NCBI GenBank assembly: GCA_039589315.1
Contig: JBDHHQ010000004.1
Location: 1 to 64,000, forward strand
Direction: 5' to 3'
DNA: 64,000 nt
DNA from: Gemmatimonadota bacterium
Lineage (GTDB): Bacteria; Gemmatimonadota; Gemmatimonadetes; Longimicrobiales; Gaopeijiaceae
Part shown: one piece after another, positions 56,325 through 64,000 of the stretch
Numbering within the stretch: position 1 is the stretch's first letter
Layout: every line of letters starts with the position of its first letter
Notes under the pieces: model-generated
What the model was told of the DNA's origin: nothing
Database searches by the model: none
What the model saw: only the letters and a program-made list of their open reading frames with translations
Program-made: the position numbers and the translations under genes

Positions 56325-58376
56325 ATGTCGGACAAGCGTCTCGCCGTCGACGTGGGCGGCACGTTCATCGACTTCGTGCTACTGGACGAAGCCACCGGCG
56401 CGGTCGAGGTCGAAAAGGAGCCCTCCCTGATCCGCGAGCTCCCTGAGCACATCTTTCGAGGTATCAATCGGCTCGCAGTGGATCTTTCGGACCTCGAGAT
56501 GATCATCCACGGGTCCACCATCGTGATCAACACCATCCTCCAGGAGGTAGGCGGCAAGGTGGGGCTCATCACGACCCAGGGCTTTCGGGACGTCCTCGAA
56601 TTAGGGCGTGGCAACCGCCCGCAGGTCTACAACCTCCTGTACAAGCCGCCCAAGCCCCTCATTCCCCGCTACCTGCGATTCGAGGTGCCTGAGCGACTGA
56701 GCTACAAGGGCGAGGTCGTCACTCCGCTCGACGAGTCGGCGACGCGCGAGGCCATCGAAAAGCTGAAGGGCCGAGGGGTCGAGGCGATTGCCGTCTGCTT
56801 CCTTCATGCCTACGCCGACCCCGGCCACGAACGGAGGGTCAGGGAGATCGCGGCGGAAGCGTTCCCGGAAGCGTATGTGGCAATCTCCTCCGATGTGACC
56901 GGCGAGTTCCGCGAGTTCGAGCGGACGTCCACCGTGTCCCTGAACACGTACGTGATGCCCCGGATCGGGGCATACCTGTCCGATCTCGAGCACCGACTGG
57001 CCGACGGTGGCTATCAGGGCGCCCTCAGCATCATCCAGTCGACCGGGGGCCTCATGTCGTCCGAAGAGGCTCGCCACCTCCCCATCAGGACCCTCGAGTC
57101 AGGGCCGGCCGGGGGCGTGATCGGCGCCGTTGCGCTCGGGAGGAAGATCGGCCAGTCAAACCTCATCGCCGCGGACGTCGGAGGAACCAGCTTCGACGTG
57201 GCGATGGTGCTCGACGGGCGACCATTCGAGAAGTCGGAGACGACGGTAAACGAGCGCCCCGTCCTCCAGCCGACCATCGACATCGCCTCAATCGGCGCCG
57301 GTGGAGGCAGCATCGCGTGGATCGACGACGCGGGCGGGTTCAGGGTGGGTCCTCTCAGCGCGGAGGCGGATCCGGGTCCCGTGTGCTTCGGCCGAGGCGG
57401 GACCGAGCCCACGGTCACCGATGCTCATGTCGTCCTCGGGCGGATCAACCCGGACCTGTTCCTGGGCCACCGGATGGAGCTCGACGTGGACGGAGCCGCG
57501 CAAGCCATTCAGGACAAGATCGCCGACCCCCTGGGGCTTACTCTGACCGAGGCTGCCTTCGGGATCACGCACCTGGCGGACACGAACATGATCCACGCCA
57601 TTCGCCGGGTTACGATCGAGCGCGGGCACGACCCAAGAGATTTCAGCCTGCTCTGCTATGGAGGCGGCGGGGGTTTGTTCGCTGGATCCCTCATGAGGGA
57701 GATGCAGATCGGCCAGGCGATCATCCCCTTGAATCCAGCGGTCTTCTCGGCGTGGGGCATCTTGAACTCGGACTTCCGGGAGGACGCCGTTCGGACGTCC
57801 GTGATGCCCACGAGCGATCTGGATGCGGACCAGCTTCTGGCCCTGTTCGACGCGCTGCAGGAGCAGCTCGAGCAGAGGATGAAGAAGAATGCGCCCGGCG
57901 CCGAGGGCATGCGTCTGATCCACATGGCGGACATGCGGTACGAGGGGCAGGAACACACCGTGAAGGTGCCTCTGCCGCCCCCGGACGAGCTCAGGGCCCA
58001 GGGGATTCAGGCGGTGCAGGAGCGCTTCGACGAGCTGCACCAGACGACGTACGCCCACTCGTCTCCCGGGATGCCGACCGAGCTCGTCAACCTGAGGATG
58101 GCGGCGGTCCTGGAGTCCAAGAAGCCGGAGCTCGCGGAGATCCAGGAAGGATCGGGCGACGGCAGCGCCGCCTTCAAGGCTAACCGGCAGGTCTACTTCA
58201 AGGACGTCGATGACGCGATGGACTGCCCCACCTTCGACCGGGGGGCCCTCGGCTCAGGGGACCGGATCGCGGGTCCTGCGATCATCGAGGAGTGGAACTC
58301 GACGACCATCGTGCATCCGGGGCAGCTCCTGGAGGTCGACGCGTACGGCAACCTGATCATCAGCGAGGTGGCGTGA
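56325..58376 (+). CDS. hyuA: Hydantoinase A / 5-oxoprolinase N-terminal subunit family
   Basis: AVDVGGTFID, HGSTIVINT, GLITTQGFRD, EFREFERTST, ESGPAGG, DVGGTSFD, IGAGGGSIAW, GPLSAEADPGP, PTVTDA, DMRYEGQ, GPAIIEE. Confidence 0.93.
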   Translation: MSDKRLAVDVGGTFIDFVLLDEATGAVEVEKEPSLIRELPEHIFRGINRLAVDLSDLEMIIHGSTIVINTILQEVGGKVGLITTQGFRDVLELGRGNRPQVYNLLYKPPKPLIPRYLRFEVPERLSYKGEVVTPLDESATREAIEKLKGRGVEAIAVCFLHAYADPGHERRVREIAAEAFPEAYVAISSDVTGEFREFERTSTVSLNTYVMPRIGAYLSDLEHRLADGGYQGALSIIQSTGGLMSSEEARHLPIRTLESGPAGGVIGAVALGRKIGQSNLIAADVGGTSFDVAMVLDGRPFEKSETTVNERPVLQPTIDIASIGAGGGSIAWIDDAGGFRVGPLSAEADPGPVCFGRGGTEPTVTDAHVVLGRINPDLFLGHRMELDVDGAAQAIQDKIADPLGLTLTEAAFGITHLADTNMIHAIRRVTIERGHDPRDFSLLCYGGGGGLFAGSLMREMQIGQAIIPLNPAVFSAWGILNSDFREDAVRTSVMPTSDLDADQLLALFDALQEQLEQRMKKNAPGAEGMRLIHMADMRYEGQEHTVKVPLPPPDELRAQGIQAVQERFDELHQTTYAHSSPGMPTELVNLRMAAVLESKKPELAEIQEGSGDGSAAFKANRQVYFKDVDDAMDCPTFDRGALGSGDRIAGPAIIEEWNSTTIVHPGQLLEVDAYGNLIISEVA

Positions 58377-58378
58377 CC

Positions 58379-60157
58379 ATGGCAACCGTATCGATGGAGA
58401 AGCAGATCGATCCCATCACGACCCAGGTAATCCGCAACGCGATGGTGACTGCCGCCGAGGAGATGCGCCTGACCTTGGTAAAGACGGCGTACAACCCGCT
58501 CATCTACGAGGTGCAGGACTTCGCCGTCGCCCTCCTGAACCGAGAGGGCGAGATGTTGGCCCAGGGCACGTCGCTACCGCTGTTCCTGCCCGCCCTCACG
58601 TTCACCATCAAGAGCGGCCTCGAGAAATTCGGCACCGGCGGCTTCGACGAGGGCGACGTGATGCTCGCCAACGATCCATATAGCACAGGAACGCACATCT
58701 CCGATACGTCCATCTACATGCCGATCTTCTTCGACGGCGAGCTCCAGGGCTTCTGTGCAAACACGGCGCATTGGGCAGACGTGGGTGGCAAGACCCCGGG
58801 CGGTTGGTGCCCGGACTCCAACGACGTCTTCCAGGAGGGAATGATCTTTCCGCACCTGAAGCTCTACGAGGAGGGGCAGCTCAACCGGACCATGATGGAC
58901 TACATCATGGCCAACACGCGCTTCCCCGACCTGGTCAGAGGTGACCTGGGTGCTCAGATCGCGGCCTGCAAGACCGGCGTCAACCGGTACGTGGCGCTCT
59001 GCGAGAAGTACGGAGCCGAAACGGCCCGGGAGGCCATGGAGCTCGTGTTCGACCAGTCCGAGGCCCTCATGCGCCGCATGATCGGAGAGATGCCCGACGG
59101 GGAGTGGAGCGCGGAAACGTCGATGGATCACGACGGCATCGTCAAGGACGTGCAGCGCAAGATCAAGGTGACGGTCCGGATCGAGGGAGACGAAGCCACG
59201 GTCGACTTCACAGGCACGGACGAGACCGCCACGGGTCCGATCAACTGTCCGCTCGCCGCGTCCCGAGCCGCCGCCGAGATCGCCTTCAAGTCGGCCACGC
59301 TGCCCCATGAGCCAGCCAACGAGGGTCACAGTCGGCCCCTAAAGGTGATCTCGCCGGAGCACACGATCACGAACCCGTCTTGGCCGGCCCCCTGTGACTC
59401 GTATGGCTACGCAGCGCTGATCATCATCGATCTGGTGAGCGAGGCACTGTCCTACGCCGTGCCGGATCGCACGGTGGCGGGGGAATACATGCTCTTCGGC
59501 GCCTGGTTCTTCCGCACCGACCCACGTTTCGGCAAGCCGTTCATATACATCGATCCCGTGGACGGGGGCGGCGGCGCGTCTTCCTTCGACGACGGAGCAG
59601 ACGGGCTCATATTCCACGGTGACGGGGACGCGCCCAACACGCCGGTGGAGGTGGCCGAGTCCCGATATCCGATTCGCATCGAGCGCTACGAGCTCCACAC
59701 CGAGGAATACGGCGTGGGCAGATTCCGTGGCGGGATGGGGACCATTCGGGACTACCGGTTCCTCACGGACAGCGTCTCCACCCAAGTCGCCAACGAGCAG
59801 ACGAAGTGCCGGCCCCACGGCCTGCATGGCGGGGCCGACGCGGGGATCAATCGGCTGTGGGTGCGCCCCGGCACCGAACAGCAGGAGATCATCACGGAGC
59901 GGGTCTCGTTCTATGGTCCGTTCGTGACCAACGACGTCCTGAGCTGCCGCACCGGCGGAGGCGGGGGATTCGGAGATCCGCTGGAGCGGGATCCCGAGCG
60001 GGTTCGATGGGAAGTCCTGAACGAGCTCCTGACTCCGGAGCAGGCGAGAGAGTCGTACGGCGTCATCGTCGGGGAGGACGGAGATGGAGATCCGGTCATC
60101 GACCTGGCCGCCACCGAGGCGCTCCGAACGGAAAGACGAGCTTCGGCGAGCGCCTAG
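58379..60157 (+). CDS. hyuB: Hydantoinase B / 5-oxoprolinase C-terminal subunit family
   Basis: AEEMR..LVKTAYNP.IYE..D, NDPY..GTH.SD, AHWADVGG, FQEG, VDFTGT, NTPVEVAE, GRFRGG.G, GGGGGFGDPLERDP. Confidence 0.93.
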   Translation: MATVSMEKQIDPITTQVIRNAMVTAAEEMRLTLVKTAYNPLIYEVQDFAVALLNREGEMLAQGTSLPLFLPALTFTIKSGLEKFGTGGFDEGDVMLANDPYSTGTHISDTSIYMPIFFDGELQGFCANTAHWADVGGKTPGGWCPDSNDVFQEGMIFPHLKLYEEGQLNRTMMDYIMANTRFPDLVRGDLGAQIAACKTGVNRYVALCEKYGAETAREAMELVFDQSEALMRRMIGEMPDGEWSAETSMDHDGIVKDVQRKIKVTVRIEGDEATVDFTGTDETATGPINCPLAASRAAAEIAFKSATLPHEPANEGHSRPLKVISPEHTITNPSWPAPCDSYGYAALIIIDLVSEALSYAVPDRTVAGEYMLFGAWFFRTDPRFGKPFIYIDPVDGGGGASSFDDGADGLIFHGDGDAPNTPVEVAESRYPIRIERYELHTEEYGVGRFRGGMGTIRDYRFLTDSVSTQVANEQTKCRPHGLHGGADAGINRLWVRPGTEQQEIITERVSFYGPFVTNDVLSCRTGGGGGFGDPLERDPERVRWEVLNELLTPEQARESYGVIVGEDGDGDPVIDLAATEALRTERRASASA

Positions 60158-60232
60158 AATCGAGGGGGCCGAGGGCTAGAGGCCGGGTCGCCGGGCAGCC
60201 AGGCGTCGCCGGGCGCCCGGGACCCACGAACC

Positions 60233-61603
60233 TCAGTTCGAGGCCGACGCTAGCGCCGGCTTGTACTGGACGCCGCCCTTGAAGACGTAGAGGACGTTGC
60301 GCTGGTCGAGGGCGCTCATGTGCCTCAGCGGATTCCCGTCCACGACGATGATATCCGCCAGCTTGCCAGGCTCGATCGTGCCCAGGTCGTCACTCATTCC
60401 CACCAGGTCGGCGAAGTGGCGCGTGGCCATGCTGATGACCTTCATCGGTGGGATGCCATACGACACGAACAGGTCCATCTCCTGCCACGTGGATTCCCAG
60501 TGGAAGTTCATGGGCGTGCCCGAGTCGGTACCGATCACGAGCCGCACGCCCCCGTCGTAGGCTTGGCGGATCTTGGCCGCGTGGGTGCGATTCGCGTCCT
60601 TCGCCCCCTCGAAGTATCCGAGCCTTCCGGGCCAGCGGATGGACTCCCGCACGTCCTCGAAGACGTCCGGCGGCAGATCCCGACTCAGCTGGCGTTCGTC
60701 CAGCCGCTCGGGGTATGCCGTCGTGATGTCGTAGATACGGCTGACGATGGACGTCGGCGAGTAGAAGATCCCGTGGTCGGCCATGAGCTTGATGCTCTCC
60801 GCTTCCCGCAGCGGCTTCCGGCCTGCGCCCACGTGCTCGATGGACCGCGCCCCCATCTCGGCAGCAGCCCGCACCTCCTCGAGCGTGCTGGCGTGCACGA
60901 CGATCTGCCGCCCCGCCGCGTGGGCCTCCTCTGCGATGGCCATCCGTTCTTCCCGCGTCATCCGGGCGAGCTGGATCACCTTGATCATGTCGACCCCGGT
61001 GTCGATGAGCTCACGGGTCTTGCGCGCGGCATCCTCGGGGCCGTCCACCAGGGTGCGCACGAAGGCCTGTCCCGGTGGTGTGGTCTTCTGGAGGAAATTG
61101 CCGGTGACCAGGAGGCGAGGGCCCACGATCCGTCCCGCGTCGATCTCGTCACGGATCCAGACCGCGTCCTCGGTGAGGGCGGCCAGATCGCGCGCGCTCG
61201 TGACCCCAGCCATCAGCAGCTGAGGAGCGGAGATCTCCATGAACTCCCTCATCCGGTTCTGCTCGTAGTGGTAGCGCGGGAAGTATTCTCCGTAGACCCC
61301 GTGACCGATCAACAGAAGGTGGACGTGGGAATCACTGAGGCCGGGCATCACGGTGTAGCCCTCGGCGTCGACGACCCGGTAGCCGGAGGGGATCTCCGTG
61401 TCCGATACCCTCCCCACGTGGGAGATGCGCTCCCCTTCAACGAGCACGACCGCATCCCGCACCGGAGGCGCTTCGGTCCCGTCGATGAGATAGCCACCGA
61501 CAATGGCCAGCCGGTCGGATCCCTGGGCCGAGACCGGCCCGGCCCCTAGCACGGTGACGGCCAATGCGAGCGAGACTGCTGCGGCGGCTCCGTACCTTCT
61601 CAT
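60233..61603 (-). CDS. Secreted metal-dependent amidohydrolase (Xaa-Pro dipeptidase-like subgroup)
   Basis: Signal ...PVSA-Q. MPGLSDSHVH, GVTSARDL, GVDMIKV, VVHA, SIEH, IGTDSG, GTIEPGKLADII. Confidence 0.9.
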   Translation of the reverse strand: MRRYGAAAAVSLALAVTVLGAGPVSAQGSDRLAIVGGYLIDGTEAPPVRDAVVLVEGERISHVGRVSDTEIPSGYRVVDAEGYTVMPGLSDSHVHLLLIGHGVYGEYFPRYHYEQNRMREFMEISAPQLLMAGVTSARDLAALTEDAVWIRDEIDAGRIVGPRLLVTGNFLQKTTPPGQAFVRTLVDGPEDAARKTRELIDTGVDMIKVIQLARMTREERMAIAEEAHAAGRQIVVHASTLEEVRAAAEMGARSIEHVGAGRKPLREAESIKLMADHGIFYSPTSIVSRIYDITTAYPERLDERQLSRDLPPDVFEDVRESIRWPGRLGYFEGAKDANRTHAAKIRQAYDGGVRLVIGTDSGTPMNFHWESTWQEMDLFVSYGIPPMKVISMATRHFADLVGMSDDLGTIEPGKLADIIVVDGNPLRHMSALDQRNVLYVFKGGVQYKPALASASN

Positions 61604-61700
61604 ACGTGGCTCCTGTCGTAGGCTCGGACGGACCGTGTTGGTGGAACGATCGCAGGGTTGGACGAGACCCGGGGGTGCGGGCGGAGGGCTTCTCCGGCCG

Positions 61701-63080
61701 TCACCGGGTACCGGCAACCTCGTTGTCGTCTGGGCTCTTGTACTGGACTCCGCCCTTGATCACGTAGAGGACGTGCCTCTGGTCGAGGACGCTCATGTCC
61801 TCCAACGGGTTACCGTCCACCACGATGAGGTCCGCGTAGCGGCCCTCTTCGATCGTCCCCAGATCGTCGCCCATGCCGTACAGCTCGGCGGGCAGACGGG
61901 TGGCCGCGGCGATGACTTGCATCGGAGGCATCCCGTACTGCACCAGCAGGTCCATCTCCTGCCAGGTGGACTCGTAGTGGAAGTTCATGGGGGTGCCCGA
62001 GTCCGTGCCGACCAGGACACGAACGCCCCCGTCGATGAGCTGCCTCAGCTTCTGGGCGTGCCAGGGGTTGATCCACTTCTTCTGATCGAAGTAGTCGAGG
62101 CGGCTCGGATGGCGAAGGGACGCCCGCACGTCCTCGTAGATATCCGGCGGCAGATCCTCCTTCAGCTGTCGCTCGTCGAGCCGCTCCGGATATGCCTGCG
62201 TGACGTTGTAGATCTTCGAGACCACGGTCGTGAAGCAGGAAGCGACGCGCTCCACTGCCATCAGGCGCACGCTCTCCTCCGCGTAGAAGGGCTCGGGCCT
62301 CGCGTTGACGTGTTCGATGGTGCTGGCGCCGAGCTCGACGGCGGCCGCCAGCTCCTCAGCCGTGTAGCCGTGGGCGGCGATATGGAGCCCAGCCCGGTCG
62401 GCCTCTTCCCGGATCGCCGCTCGCTCCTCCGGCGTCAGCATGTGCGCCTGGGTGACCTTGATGAGGTCCACCCCGGCCTCCTCGAGTTGGCGCACCTTGG
62501 CGCGCGCGTCCTCTGGCCCGTCGATGAGCCAGCGGAAGAAGAGCTGGTCGGGACTGCTCGTCTTCTGCAGGAATGGCCCGGAGACGAACAGGCGGGGGCC
62601 GGGCAGACGTCCTTCCTCGACCTCGCGCTTCAGCCAGAGCATCTCGTCCGGCGGACCGCCCAGGTCGCGGGCGCTGGTGACGCCCGCCATGAGGAGCTGT
62701 CTGGCCGAGATCGGCAGGATCTCGCGCATGCGGTCCTCGTACCGGAGGAAGTACTCCGAGTACACGCCGTGGCCCACGATCATGAGGTGGACGTGGCAGT
62801 CATGCAGCCCCGGGAGGACCGAGTAGCCATTGGCATCGATCACCCGGTATCCGTCCGGGACCTCCGTGTCGGCGACTGTCCCCACCCGCGCGATGCGGTC
62901 GTCCTCGACCAGGATCACCGCGTCCTGGACCGGAGGCCCTTCGTTGCCGTCGATGAGGTAGCCGCCGACGATGGCGAGTCGATTCGGCAGTGACTCCTGC
63001 GCCGGGGTGTCGTCGGCCCAGAGGGCGCAGGCAAGGAGCGCCGACACGGCCACCCCGACCATGTGCAAGTAGGTCTTCAT
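61701..63080 (-). CDS. Secreted metal-dependent amidohydrolase, paralog 2
   Basis: Signal-like N-terminus. LPGLHDCHVH, GVTSARDLGG, GVDLIKV, AAHG, TIEH, VGTDSG, GTIEEGRYADL. Confidence 0.9.
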   Translation of the reverse strand: MKTYLHMVGVAVSALLACALWADDTPAQESLPNRLAIVGGYLIDGNEGPPVQDAVILVEDDRIARVGTVADTEVPDGYRVIDANGYSVLPGLHDCHVHLMIVGHGVYSEYFLRYEDRMREILPISARQLLMAGVTSARDLGGPPDEMLWLKREVEEGRLPGPRLFVSGPFLQKTSSPDQLFFRWLIDGPEDARAKVRQLEEAGVDLIKVTQAHMLTPEERAAIREEADRAGLHIAAHGYTAEELAAAVELGASTIEHVNARPEPFYAEESVRLMAVERVASCFTTVVSKIYNVTQAYPERLDERQLKEDLPPDIYEDVRASLRHPSRLDYFDQKKWINPWHAQKLRQLIDGGVRVLVGTDSGTPMNFHYESTWQEMDLLVQYGMPPMQVIAAATRLPAELYGMGDDLGTIEEGRYADLIVVDGNPLEDMSVLDQRHVLYVIKGGVQYKSPDDNEVAGTR

Positions 63081-63137
63081 CTTGCCTTCCCCTCCGCACG
63101 TATCTGGGAAGTCACCCGGGGTCTGGCCTGTTGGTCA

Positions 63138-64000
63138 TCACATCCGTGGACCTTGTGGCCCCTTGTATTGGACGCCGCCCTTGAACACGTAGATCACGTT
63201 GTTCTGCTCGAGCGCGCTCATGTGGCGGAGAGGATTCCCGTTCACCAGGATGATGTCGGCCAGCTTGCCGGGCTCCAACGTCCCCAGATCGTCGTACATC
63301 CCGTACAGTAGCGCCGGATAGCGCGTCGCCATCGTAATGACCCTCATCGGAGGAAGCCCGTACCGTACGAGCTGGTCCATTTCCATCCATGTGGACTCGT
63401 AGTGGAAGTTCATCGGCGTTCCCGAGTCCGTACCGAGCGCGAACCGGACGCCGGCGTCATAGAGCTGCCACACCTTCTCTTTGAACTTCCGGTCTTCCTC
63501 ACCGTCGTCGAAGAAGTAGCCCAGCCGGCTCGGCCACTGGAGGGACTGCCTCACGTCGGCGTAGAGGTCGGGGGGGAGATCGGCCCTGAGCTGCTGGTTG
63601 TCCAGACGCTCCGGAAGCTCCTTGTGGATGTCGATGAGGAGGTTGTGCACCACGGTGGGGACCCAGAAGATCCCCCCGCTCACCATGAGCTCCACCGCTT
63701 CGTCGTCATAGCGGGGCTGGTTGCCATAGCCCAGGTGCTCGATGGAGCCCACTCGCATTTCGGCGGCGGCCCGGATCTCCTCCAGGCTGCTCGCGTGGAC
63801 GGCCATGTGCATGCCCGCGGCGTGCGCTTCGTCGGCGATGGCCATGCGCTCGTCGGGGCTGAGCTGGTTCAGCTGGATTACCTTGAGCAGGTCCACGCCG
63901 GAGTCGATCAGACGACGGGCTTTGGCCCTGGCATCCTCGGGGCCGTCCACGGTCCAGCGGAAGAACGCCTGATGCCCCGAGTCGTAGTTGGGGCCACCTC
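63138..64000 (-). CDS. Metal-dependent amidohydrolase, paralog 3 (5' part outside window)
   Basis: GVDLLKV, AVHA, SIEH, LGTDSGTPMNFHYESTW, GTLEPGKLADII, YVFKGGVQYK. Open to the window edge. Confidence 0.88.
   Translation of the reverse strand, partial: GGPNYDSGHQAFFRWTVDGPEDARAKARRLIDSGVDLLKVIQLNQLSPDERMAIADEAHAAGMHMAVHASSLEEIRAAAEMRVGSIEHLGYGNQPRYDDEAVELMVSGGIFWVPTVVHNLLIDIHKELPERLDNQQLRADLPPDLYADVRQSLQWPSRLGYFFDDGEEDRKFKEKVWQLYDAGVRFALGTDSGTPMNFHYESTWMEMDQLVRYGLPPMRVITMATRYPALLYGMYDDLGTLEPGKLADIILVNGNPLRHMSALEQNNVIYVFKGGVQYKGPQGPRM

Overview
GC-rich, gene-dense bacterial DNA. The gene repertoire (PadR + ADOP permease pairs, DUF5916, DUF4159, VPS10/BNR hydrolase, many lipoproteins) suggests a Gemmatimonadota- or Acidobacteriota-like organism; this is inference only. 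I found no rRNA, tRNA, CRISPR array or transposase. All family assignments are by motif recognition, not database search. The centrepiece is an ~18 kb alkaline-phosphatase-superfamily island (8.9-27.3 kb) with: (a) one Cys-type sulfatase; (b) four paralogous ~810-860 aa sulfatase-fold lipoproteins with Thr in place of the formylglycine-forming Cys/Ser, all ending in an LRSLGYI tail; (c) a PAPS-type sulfotransferase; (d) a tightly packed operon of two phosphodiesterase-family paralogs predicted to face opposite sides of the inner membrane, a 63 aa ribbon-helix-helix-like protein ending in the same LxxLGYI tail, and a 3-TM protein resembling the DUF106/EMC3/TMCO1 (Oxa1) superfamily. I propose this as a candidate uncharacterised trans-membrane sulfo/phospho-transfer system. 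The rest of the window holds two convergent PadR-ADOP modules sharing an ATGCAT-rich upstream motif, gltS, an FTCD with an inserted C2H2 zinc-finger motif, a triple-repeat secreted protein coupled to an outer-membrane protein, a MoxR/Bat operon, and a DUF917 lipoprotein with hydantoinase A/B and three tandem amidohydrolases. Two probable 1-bp frameshifts lie in the first 1 kb.
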